Shown here piece after piece: positions 29,655-37,348 of a stretch of 64,000 bases of DNA (the first letter of the stretch is position 1; every line of letters begins with the position of its first letter). The DNA comes from Opitutales bacterium (GTDB taxonomy: Bacteria > Verrucomicrobiota > Verrucomicrobiia > Opitutales > JABSRG01): contig JBNPEH010000029.1 in NCBI GenBank assembly GCA_051117635.1, forward strand, positions 53,861-117,860, written 5' to 3'. The notes under the pieces were generated by a model. It made no database searches. It worked only from the letters and a program-made list of their open reading frames with translations, and had not been told where the DNA came from. The translations under genes and the position numbers were made by a program.

Positions 29655-30188
29655 ATGGCTGATTCTCCACCCGCTTGTCCTTTCACCAAGATCTATCCCA
29701 GCGCCCTCGAACGGGATGATACGTATTACATGAAATTGGCCTTCAACCAGGCCATCGACGCCTGGCGGGCCGACGAAGTGCCGATCGGGGCCGTGGTGGA
29801 GTATGGCGGGGAGTTGATTGCCGCCGCTCATAACCAGACCGTCTCAGCCCGGGATCCGACTGCCCACGCCGAAATGCTGGCCCTCACCCAGGCCGCGAAC
29901 CGTCTCGGCGACTGGCGCCTGAACGGAGCGACCTTCTATGTTACCAAGGAGCCCTGCCCGATGTGCAGCGGCGCCATGATCATGGGCCGGGTGGGTCGGG
30001 TCGTCTTTGGGATGCGCGATTCAAAGATGGGCTGTCTGGGCGGTGCGACCGACCTGAACGATCTGGCGGGCAGCAATCATCGGTGCGTGGTGGACGCGGG
30101 CATTCTCGAGGAGGAATGTCGGCAACTGGTGCAGGCTTATTTTCAGATGAAACGGAAAAAGAGCCCTCCTTCGGCGGAGGAGGCCTGA
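29655..30188 (+). CDS. tadA: tRNA adenosine(34) deaminase
   Basis: EVPIGAV, DPTAHAE, WRL, EPCPMC. Confidence 0.9.
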   Translation: MADSPPACPFTKIYPSALERDDTYYMKLAFNQAIDAWRADEVPIGAVVEYGGELIAAAHNQTVSARDPTAHAEMLALTQAANRLGDWRLNGATFYVTKEPCPMCSGAMIMGRVGRVVFGMRDSKMGCLGGATDLNDLAGSNHRCVVDAGILEEECRQLVQAYFQMKRKKSPPSAEEA

Positions 30189-30212
30189 GCGAGTATTAAC
30201 CCGCCCGACGGG

Positions 30213-30241
30213 TTGACCGCATCCGGCATATTATGGATACT
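30213..30241 (+). promoter_or_regulatory. Putative sigma70 promoter of sodA
   Basis: TTGACC-N17-GATACT; a Fur-box-like TGATTATCATTAT overlaps the start codon. Confidence 0.5.
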
Positions 30242-30305
30242 TATGGTCCGCTATCTGCCCGGCTGACCGGGCAAGCACATCAATCATTATCCGCTGATTA
30301 TCATT

Positions 30306-30932
30306 ATGGCCTACTCACTTCCCGAACTCGGATACGCCTATGACGCGCTCGAGCCGCACATCGATGCGCGGACCATGGAGATCCATCACACCAAACACCA
30401 TAACACCTACATCACGAAGGTGAACGCCGCGCTGGAGGGCACCCCGCTCGAAGGCAAGCCGGTCGAAGCCGTGATCGCCGACCTGTCGGCAGTCCCGGAA
30501 GACAAGCGGACCGCGGTACGCAACAATGGTGGTGGCCACGCCAACCACAGCTTTTTCTGGACAATCCTGTCACCGGACGGCGGCGGCGAACCGACCGGCG
30601 CGCTCGGTGAAGCCATCAATGCCACCTTTGGCGGTTTTGATGCCTTCAAGGACGCCTTTGCCACCGCGGGCGCCAATCGTTTCGGTTCCGGCTGGGCCTG
30701 GCTGGTCCTGAAAAAGGACGGCAACCTCGCCGTGACGTCCACCCCGAATCAGGACAGCCCGCTGATGACCGGCGTCGCCGAGGTGGAAGGCACGCCGATT
30801 ATCGGTCTCGATGTCTGGGAACACGCCTACTACCTCAATTACCAGAATCGTCGGCCGGATTACATCGCCGCCTTCTGGAATGTCGTCGACTGGGAAAAGG
30901 CCAACGCGCTCTACACCTCTGCCAAGGCCTGA
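30306..30932 (+). CDS. sodA: Mn/Fe superoxide dismutase (Mn-type signature)
   Basis: [33 protein letters not shown]. Confidence 0.95.
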   Translation: MAYSLPELGYAYDALEPHIDARTMEIHHTKHHNTYITKVNAALEGTPLEGKPVEAVIADLSAVPEDKRTAVRNNGGGHANHSFFWTILSPDGGGEPTGALGEAINATFGGFDAFKDAFATAGANRFGSGWAWLVLKKDGNLAVTSTPNQDSPLMTGVAEVEGTPIIGLDVWEHAYYLNYQNRRPDYIAAFWNVVDWEKANALYTSAKA

Positions 30933-30956
30933 GTCCGCGGTTAACCGCTTTACGCC

Positions 30957-30988
30957 AAACCGCCGACCATCCGGGTCGGCGGTTTTTT
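30957..30988 (+). terminator. sodA terminator
   Basis: AAACCGCCGACC/GGTCGGCGGTTT stem followed by a T-run. Confidence 0.85.
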
Positions 30989-31153
30989 GATGCCCCGCAT
31001 CCCGCAGCCTCAGCGTACCGCACCGCTTCAGCAAGCGGACCAGGGACAAATGGCCGGGCTGAGGCGTGTTAAAAAAGTCGAGATAAGCGGGAAAATGACG
31101 CCTTGTACGCGCCTGGCGGGACTTCCTCCTACGCCAAGGCTACGGCGGACATG

Positions 31154-31203
31154 ATGGCGGACAGGTGCAGCTCATCACATCTGGGCTTCATGAGAAATCC
31201 GGG
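31154..31203 (-). mobile_element. Left-end fragment of MITE family A, preceded by a REP-like hairpin
   Basis: 49/50 nt identical to 34313-34362. Confidence 0.8.
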
Positions 31204-31419
31204 GAGTGCGTACGTCCATCTATGACGTCGACCGGCGGATGCCTGATCATACGTGACCGCGCCTTCAGACGTAGTCAGTATGAGAGGAAAACCAAGGCAA
31301 GGAACCGCGTTTTCAGGGCGGTCGGGCACGACCGCCCTCCCAAGCCAATCCGTCCCCGGGAGGGCCGCTGCGCGCCTCGGCAAAGCATCAGGCGACGCCG
31401 GGTCCCCGGCGGCCTTGCC

Positions 31420-32829
31420 TCAGAACAGGCGGCTCTTCTCAAACCGCCAGACGGCGATGGCCATGATAACCACCGCCATGAAGATCAGCGCCAGTTGGTT
31501 GATCCACAGCTCACCCAGCCCGCGGTTGCCCCAGAGGATGGCCTGAAAGGCGTCGGCGGCGTAATAAACCAGCGTCAGCCGGCTGAAGAACTGGATCGTT
31601 TCGGGCATGAAAAAGACCGGCCACCAGGCGCCGCCGATCGCGCTCATGATCAGGATCAGGAAGGTGGCCAGGCCGTTTGCCTGGCCGGTGGTCCGCGAGA
31701 TCGCGGCGATCAGCATACCGAAGGATGTGGCGGCAACCGCCGCCAACAGCGCAATCCACATCAGGGGCACGAACCGGTCCCAGAGATCGATCCCGAAAAA
31801 GAGCCAGCCGGCAGCGAAATAGACGGCCAGCTGCAGCGTACCCAGCACCAGCCCGAACAGGTATTTGCTCATCAGCAGCTCGGCCCGGGTGGTTGCCCCG
31901 GAAAGCAGGCGCACAAAGAGGCCGGCTTTCTTCTCGTCGAACAACGAAATCGCGCTGCCGGTCAGCGAAAACATCAGGAACATCAGGCCCCAGCCGCCGA
32001 CCGAACGGGTTACCCCGGGGTTCGTTACTTCCGCTCCGATTACCTGCTCGCGGTCGAGTTCAACCAGCCCGCTCAGCTGCTCGCTCAGCGACGGGCCCGC
32101 CGGCCCGGCACCGGACGGGGCTGCCCCGGGCTCCTCACCTGCAGACGGATCGGCTTCGGGGGCAGGCGGCAGAAGCGCATCGGCAAAGGCCCAGTCGGGC
32201 GAAAGGGGGTTGTTTGTCTGCAGGGAGGCGAGGATCTCGGCCTGGTCCACCGGGAAAAACTCGGTCACCACCTCAGCGATACGCTCATTGAAGGCCGCCA
32301 GGTCGTCCGGAGAACTGGTCTCCAGCAGTTCACTGCGAAACCGGCCCAGCAGGATGGGCGGCGCCTGGGTGAAGAGCGTCCGTTGAAGCAGCCCCTCCAC
32401 GATGTTCGTCTCGATCGCATTGCGGGGATTGCTGAGATAGCGAACCCGGAAGGCAAAGGCCTCCAGATCAATACTGTCCGCATGGAAGACCAGGCCGAAG
32501 CGCAGGTTTCCGGCCTCGATCCCCTCCCGCAGGCTGGCCTCGGTAAAGGGCGCCACCGGCTCGTCCTCGCGCGTGACCCCGCGCACCACGCGAAGCCCGT
32601 CGGTGCGATCCAGCGCATCGACGATCCGCCCGATCATGGGGTCGCCACTGCTGTCGGCGATCCCGATAACGGTGCCGCTGGGCCCGTTGCTCGAACTGTT
32701 ACCGAAGATATTGCCGAAGATGTAGATCAGGACCAGCGGCACCAGAAAGGTCAGCGAGACCGCCGGCTTGTCCTTTAAAAAAGCGAGCCAGTCCTTGCGG
32801 AAAAGGGTCCAGATGCGTCGGGGGTGCAT
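31420..32829 (-). CDS. ABC-2 type exporter permease
   Basis: N-terminal TM, large periplasmic loop, EKKAG..RL, GGAWWP. Confidence 0.88.
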   Translation of the reverse strand: MHPRRIWTLFRKDWLAFLKDKPAVSLTFLVPLVLIYIFGNIFGNSSSNGPSGTVIGIADSSGDPMIGRIVDALDRTDGLRVVRGVTREDEPVAPFTEASLREGIEAGNLRFGLVFHADSIDLEAFAFRVRYLSNPRNAIETNIVEGLLQRTLFTQAPPILLGRFRSELLETSSPDDLAAFNERIAEVVTEFFPVDQAEILASLQTNNPLSPDWAFADALLPPAPEADPSAGEEPGAAPSGAGPAGPSLSEQLSGLVELDREQVIGAEVTNPGVTRSVGGWGLMFLMFSLTGSAISLFDEKKAGLFVRLLSGATTRAELLMSKYLFGLVLGTLQLAVYFAAGWLFFGIDLWDRFVPLMWIALLAAVAATSFGMLIAAISRTTGQANGLATFLILIMSAIGGAWWPVFFMPETIQFFSRLTLVYYAADAFQAILWGNRGLGELWINQLALIFMAVVIMAIAVWRFEKSRLF

Positions 32830-32830
32830 G

Positions 32831-33748
32831 TCAGTCGCGGAAGGATCGTCCGGTCAAATGAAGAAAGAGCGCCTCCAGGGTCGGCGTCCGGATGTGTATG
32901 TCCAGGTTCGATACCCCGAGTCCTTCGGTCTCACCAAAGAGACGGGACAGCCGGAAACCGGACCGCGGCCGGAACAGCAGGTCACTCCCGCGGTCGACCC
33001 ATTCGCCTTCCCCGGCCAGCCGGTCCGCGAGGGGCCGGGCCGTGTCGGGTTCGCTGAAAACGATCTCCTCCTCGAAAGGCAGCTGCCGCAGGAGTTCACG
33101 CTGCGTGCCTTCGGCGATGATACGACCCTGGTCCATGATCGCCACGCGGTCGCAAAGCCGGGCCACCTCCTCCATATAGTGCGTCGTGTAGAGAATGGTC
33201 ATGCCGGCCTCGTTGAGCGACGCCAGCAGGTCGAAGATGGCATTCCGGCTCTGCGGGTCCACGCCCACGGTCGGTTCGTCGCACAGCAGGACCCGCGGTT
33301 CATGCAACAGCGCGGCAGCGATGTTCAACCGGCGCTTCATGCCGCCCGAAAAAGTGCTGACCGTCGTCCTTCGACGGTCGATCAGCCCGGTCCGCTCCAG
33401 CAGCAGGTCAATCCGCCGACCAAGCTGTTCGCCGCCAAGGCCGTAGAGCCGTCCGAAAAAACGCAGGTTCTCCTCCGCGGTGAATTCCTCGTAGAGGGCG
33501 ATTGTCTGCGGCACGAAGCCGAGACCCGCCAGCAGATCCCGCCGGTGTGGATCGCAGGGCCGACCGTCGAGCTGGTAGCGCCCCCCGGTGGCGGCGTGAT
33601 AACCCGACAGGATGTGTATCAGCGTGGTTTTACCGGCACCGTTCGGCCCCAGCAGCCCGAAGAAACTGCCGTCGGGAACCTGCAGCGTCACCGCGTCCAA
33701 CGCGGTGAACGTTCCGTAGCGTTTCGTAATGCCTTCAAGCCGGAGCAC
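32831..33748 (-). CDS. ABC exporter ATP-binding protein
   Basis: GPNGAGKT, FSGGMKRR, DEPTVGVDPQSR, TTHYMEE. Confidence 0.93.
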   Translation of the reverse strand: MLRLEGITKRYGTFTALDAVTLQVPDGSFFGLLGPNGAGKTTLIHILSGYHAATGGRYQLDGRPCDPHRRDLLAGLGFVPQTIALYEEFTAEENLRFFGRLYGLGGEQLGRRIDLLLERTGLIDRRRTTVSTFSGGMKRRLNIAAALLHEPRVLLCDEPTVGVDPQSRNAIFDLLASLNEAGMTILYTTHYMEEVARLCDRVAIMDQGRIIAEGTQRELLRQLPFEEEIVFSEPDTARPLADRLAGEGEWVDRGSDLLFRPRSGFRLSRLFGETEGLGVSNLDIHIRTPTLEALFLHLTGRSFRD

Positions 33749-33874
33749 CGCGCCATGTCAACGCAGCCACCCCGCCCTGAAAAGCGGAAAAACCTGACCA
33801 CCGATCAGGCATGACAGGAGGTAGACCGGGAAGCGCCTCGCGCGAAGACCCGAAGGCGCGAAGGTTTGCATCGT

Positions 33875-33983
33875 TGAGTCCGTTGACCATTCGCTTGAAG
33901 AGCGCAGCTTCGTAAACCGACTCAAGCAATCCGGAACCAAGTGCTGAATGACCTTTCACTGCCGCATCCACGATTATCTTTCC
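33875..33983 (-). pseudogene. Internally deleted GxxExxY-family gene remnant
   Basis: GKIIVDAAVKGHSALGSGLLESVYEAAL joined directly to C-terminal-like FKRMVNGL. Confidence 0.7.
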
Positions 33984-34009
33984 TGGTTGCTGGCGCCATC
34001 TCCGCTTGG

Positions 34010-34362
34010 CCCGAACTTCTCACCAGAATGGGGAAACAGGGCGGTAAATAATGCTGAGCGAGGGATTTGCAGCATTTCTTCGAAATGCACGTTCGTGGTG
34101 GGGCCCTGTTTCCCGATTCTTTTCGCCCACATGCGCGATCTGCGGCGTGTTATTCTCGCTGCGCTCGTTGAGGTGTCGCCCTGCGGGCTCGGTAGTCGGG
34201 CTGGAAACCGCCTGGTTACGCACCTGAGTGCACGCCCAGCCGGTTTCGCCCTCCCGCCGTCACCCTTCGGGTTATGGCGGACACGCCGCCTTCCGCCGTC
34301 GCTTTTCGAGCTATGGCGGACAGGTGCAGCTCATCACATCTGGGCTTCATGAGAAGTCCGGG
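34010..34362 (-). mobile_element. MITE family A, full copy 2 (353 bp)
   Basis: TIRs CCCGAACTTCTCA/TGAGAAGTCCGGG; exact 4-bp target duplication TTGG. Confidence 0.9.
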
Positions 34363-34479
34363 TTGGCTCCGTCATTTTCTTCCATCCCCGATTCACTTCG
34401 TTCATTACCCGCTGGCGGCATTTTTGACTTTGGGTCTTCGGGTCTTGAGCGCAGCGGGCGCGAGATTCATTCCTTTTCT

Positions 34480-34538
34480 GGCCAACGTCGAGTGTATGTG
34501 CGGCGCGGAGCGCCGTTACATACCACGCCTGGATGTGG
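34480..34538 (-). other. attC site 5 (R'' mutated AAC to ATC)
   Basis: Minus strand CCACATC-caggc-GTG(G)TATGT...ACATACAC-tcgac-GTTGGCC; extrahelical G. Confidence 0.75.
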
Positions 34539-34539
34539 T

Positions 34540-34800
34540 TTAAACCCCCAGGATCTCGGTGATCTGCACTTCCTTTGAGGCGTGGTCGATCCAGTAGGAG
34601 AACAGGAACTCTTCCAGAAGAAGGTGCTCGATCGGTCGCCCCTTCGCGTCGGTGGTCTGGTAGTCCCCGATCTGCTCGGGCGATGCGCTGATCCGGTCGA
34701 TCAGGTCGACGACCTTTCGTTGTTTCGGTTTTGGGAGGCCGAGCGCGAACGCGACGGCCTCGGCGGACAGGTAACAGCCATAGCCGGGAGCCTCAGCCAT
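34540..34800 (-). CDS. Putative RelE/ParE-fold toxin of unrecognised family (cassette)
   Basis: 86 aa, overlaps the upstream small gene; RelE-like layout ending YWIDHASKEVQITEI. Confidence 0.6.
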   Translation of the reverse strand: MAEAPGYGCYLSAEAVAFALGLPKPKQRKVVDLIDRISASPEQIGDYQTTDAKGRPIEHLLLEEFLFSYWIDHASKEVQITEILGV

Positions 34801-34996
34801 GACCGATCTGGTCCTTGAGCTCGGAGACGGAGGTCCTCTTGCCTGCTTTCATCTCGTCCAGACGACGGGCGGTCTCTTCCTTCCATTCCTTCGATGCCTG
34901 CCCCAAGCGCACAATAAAAGCCGAAACTTCCCGACGCTCAGACTCAGTGAGTTTCGTAAGCTGTTGCTTTAGAGATAGTAATTCAGCCTCACTCAT
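34793..34996 (-). CDS. Putative antitoxin (cassette)
   Basis: 67 aa, helical, L..L...ER.E and R.DEM.AGK..S motifs; 8-nt overlap with the putative toxin. Confidence 0.6.
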   Translation of the reverse strand: MSEAELLSLKQQLTKLTESERREVSAFIVRLGQASKEWKEETARRLDEMKAGKRTSVSELKDQIGHG

Positions 34997-35046
34997 TTGA
35001 AGACTTTGCCCTAACCTCAATCTGGCGTCAAGTTTCCGAATTCTTC

Positions 35047-35136
35047 CCACAACGATGATTGGAGGTGCGATGACAGGCAGCCGGCCTGCTCAGCTGGGCG
35101 GGTGACTGGCAGCGTTACTTCCCGCGCCTGTTTAGG
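35047..35136 (-). other. attC site 4
   Basis: R'' CCTAAAC overlaps the hicB stop codon; R' GTTGTGG; imperfect L boxes. Confidence 0.7.
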
Positions 35137-35344
35137 TACTTACCTCCACGTATACGGTTTCCGAACTGGGCTCCGGGATCAACTCTCCTCCTTCTTTCAT
35201 TCCCTCCAAGTGGAATTCAATCGCTTCTTTGATCAACGCCACGACTGCTTCCCGGCTCTCTCCAGCCGCAACGCAACCCGGCAAATCCGGGACATAGGCA
35301 CCCCAGGACGTCGGTCCGCGCTCAAGGACTACTGTGTATGCCAT
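35132..35344 (-). CDS. hicB: HicB-family antitoxin (cassette)
   Basis: YTVVLE....WGAYVPDLPGCVAAG.S.E.....IKEAIEFHLEG......IPEP. Confidence 0.92.
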   Translation of the reverse strand: MAYTVVLERGPTSWGAYVPDLPGCVAAGESREAVVALIKEAIEFHLEGMKEGGELIPEPSSETVYVEVST

Positions 35345-35528
35345 TTTTCGATTCCGGCTTGTTTCCAGATATTTTTAGGGTTCCGGCAGGGATGTCGACG
35401 CCAGGTTTCCCGGCCACCGTAACCGTCCCAGGCCTCGTGGGATGCTTGTATTGTCGGTGGCTTGCACGCTGACGCACCTGATACCACCCATCCTCCTTTA
35501 AAACAGCCAATACCTCCCTGACTTTCAC
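35322..35528 (-). pseudogene. hicA: HicA-family toxin, frameshifted near the C-terminus
   Basis: GTG start; GW..VRQ..SHRQYKHP.RPG.VTV.G.P..DIP.GTL, and the expected NIWKQAG is in another frame after an A5 run (35372-35376). Confidence 0.8.
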
Positions 35529-35575
35529 CGCTGCTATTCCTTCCCTTATCCTTTCCCTTCCCTTATCCTTTCCCC

Positions 35576-35668
35576 GCATAACGTCACTGATGAGCGGTAA
35601 GCGGCTGGCGCTCCCTGTGCGAACCAGAGGGAGTGACGGACGTGGTTCGCTCCATCGTCTTGTTCTCC
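35576..35668 (-). other. attC site 3
   Basis: GGAGAAC-aagac-GAT(G)GAGCG...CGCTCATC-agtgac-GTTATGC. Confidence 0.85.
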
Positions 35669-35671
35669 ATT

Positions 35672-35964
35672 TTACTTCAAAGCCTCTCGATTTGTCCTGG
35701 GATTCCTGCGCAGATCCAAGATACGAAAAACAAGGGCCTTCCCCTCTATGATTTTGTAAAACACAGCATAAGGGAAATTCTTTACGAGCAGTCGATGAAA
35801 TCCCAAACTTTTCGGTGGATCCCGGCATACAATCGAAGCGATTCGATCCCAGCGAAAACTGAAGCCAGGAAGTAATCCCCCAATCCCGCTTCCTTCTCAT
35901 CATAAAAATCCCTGCCGTTTGCGATGTCCTCGATTCCGGAGGGTAAGATTTCAATCTCGGTCAT
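35672..35964 (-). pseudogene. ParE/RelE-family toxin, frameshifted
   Basis: DFY...EAGLGDYFL...LRLYAGIH; after a 1-nt shift at about 35802 it reads FHRLLVKNFPYAVFY...RILDLRRNP to TAA at 35672. Confidence 0.8.
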
Positions 35965-36175
35965 TGCGATCCAACAACTGCCGCTTTGCTTCCTCCCAGG
36001 GTATCGGCTTCTCTATTCCGGCCTCATATCGTTTCTGGGTCGCTTCCAGTTCCTCCCGGTGCCAATCTGGTGACTCTAATTCATCTTCGTGAGAACGAAT
36101 GTCATCCCAAAGGTCCTCCATGAGCTTAAGTTTTTGATCCAGAGACATATCCTTTATCTGCTCTTTTGTGATCAT
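35951..36175 (-). CDS. Addiction-module antitoxin (TIGR02574-like, cassette)
   Basis: MS..QKL.LME.LWD.I, SPDWH.EEL, PWEEAK. Confidence 0.85.
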   Translation of the reverse strand: MITKEQIKDMSLDQKLKLMEDLWDDIRSHEDELESPDWHREELEATQKRYEAGIEKPIPWEEAKRQLLDRNDRD

Positions 36176-36234
36176 AGGGAGATTTTCGCCCATTGCCCAC
36201 GTATCGGCAAACCCCTTTTCTTTCTTTTTCTTTT

Positions 36235-36301
36235 CGCGAACGATTAAGTGAGCGACGGCATGAGCGGAGCGAATGACGTTCCTCTCCACTGACTGTTCGA
36301 A
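36235..36301 (-). other. attC site 2
   Basis: TTCGAAC-agtca-GT(G)GAG...CTCAC-ttaatc-GTTCGCG, 1 nt after the relE stop codon. Confidence 0.85.
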
Positions 36302-36302
36302 A

Positions 36303-36563
36303 CTACGGTCTATAGATTTCCTTACGATGACCGACACGAAGAACCAGTACGACCAACAGACTATCTCTTATGTCGTAGATTACTCGATACATACCAATTC
36401 TTATTCTATAGGACTCTTCCCCTTTCAACTTTTTGCTACCAAGAGGTCTGGGATCGGACTCAAGAGATTTTATCTTCTCAAGGATTCTTAGTGCGTCATT
36501 CTTTGGAAGCCCCTTGAAATCCATTCTAGCACTTTTGGAGAACTCGACCTTATAGGATGCCAT
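36303..36563 (-). CDS. relE: RelE/StbE-family toxin (cassette, intact)
   Basis: YKVEF...A, L..DPRP.GSKKL.G...YRIRIG.YRVIY.I.D..L.V.V..VGHRKEIY. Confidence 0.92.
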   Translation of the reverse strand: MASYKVEFSKSARMDFKGLPKNDALRILEKIKSLESDPRPLGSKKLKGEESYRIRIGMYRVIYDIRDSLLVVLVLRVGHRKEIYRP

Positions 36564-36771
36564 CAGACTTTAGTTGGGCAACAAATTCTTCATAGCCAAC
36601 CGTGGGTTCAGCCCGTCTTTCTCTTATGTCTTTCATATCCTCTAAATCTTCAAGGAGACTCGCTTTGAGTGCATCATTTACCAATTCGGACATGGATTGG
36701 CGGGTTTCCGCCGCCTTGTACCTTAATGCCTGATGTACAGGTTCTTCCAGATATAGTGTTGCTTTACTCAT
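36550..36771 (-). CDS. CopG/RHH-type antitoxin (cassette)
   Basis: ATLYL...H.ALR.KAAET..S.SELVN.A....L.ED.ED.....ER..EP. Confidence 0.85.
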   Translation of the reverse strand: MSKATLYLEEPVHQALRYKAAETRQSMSELVNDALKASLLEDLEDMKDIRERRAEPTVGYEEFVAQLKSDGIL

Positions 36772-36780
36772 ACATACGGA

Positions 36781-36806
36781 ATGACGCTATGCCGTCATAA
36801 CGTCAA
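36781..36806 (-). promoter_or_regulatory. Cassette-internal promoter/operator of the TA pair
   Basis: -35 TTGACG (36806-36801) followed by the palindrome ATGACG-N6-CGTCAT (36781-36798). Confidence 0.6.
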
Positions 36807-36816
36807 TACTTTTTTC

Positions 36817-36920
36817 TTCGAACGACCGGGAGTTGAGCTGCGAGGCCCCGAGCGACCACGCCTCGAGACAACCACCACCTATCACGAGGGGCCTCGTCTG
36901 CCTCCAACGACATGTTATCC
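36817..36920 (-). other. attC site 1
   Basis: GGATAAC-atgtc-GTT(G)GAG...GAGGCCCC/GGGGCCTC...CTCAAC-..-GTTCGAA. Confidence 0.85.
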
Positions 36921-37022
36921 AGCTCCTCCCCAAGCGCGGGGTTCGGGTCCTTGGCCCCGAGGTCTCCCGCCATCGAATCCAGATGGCTCCGAGGTCATCG
37001 CCACCGTCGAGCGCGACGCACA

Positions 37023-37074
37023 TGGTACGACCCAAGGACATAGGTAACAGTTAACACAAGGACACCGGTAACAC
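37023..37074. mobile_element. Possible IS481-family terminal remnant
   Basis: Two CAAGGACA-NN-GGTAACA motifs 24 bp apart (TGTTACC..TGTCC on the minus strand). Confidence 0.45.
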
Positions 37075-37106
37075 TGACTGGTGGCAGTTATGCCCTGGAC
37101 AGGACA

Positions 37107-37348
37107 GCCAACGGGGTCAAACGTGAATGGTACTAACTTAACAGCGTTTTCATCGGTATCGCTATCGGTATCGCTATCGACGAAGCGAAGCGGAGATGGC
37201 GTAAGCAAATCGATTACGTAAGCCAATGCATATTATTTCCTTATGCATGTTCGATCCCGATTTGCTTACGCCATCTCCGCTTCGCTCCGTCGATTTCGAT
37301 CCCGATTTGGATCAGGACCCTTAAGTTAGCGCCAACGGGGTCAAACGT
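37107..37348. repeat. Composite REP-like cluster: 18-bp direct repeats enclosing inverted family-C repeats
   Basis: GCCAACGGGGTCAAACGT at 37107 and 37331; CGCCATCTCCGCTTCGCTYCGTC inverted at 37179-37201 and direct at 37269-37291. Confidence 0.75.

Noticed and set aside
35322-35954. 210-aa ORF as a single fusion protein
   Set aside because: It reads through the ParE region out of frame and across attC3; only the last ~68 codons are HicA-like
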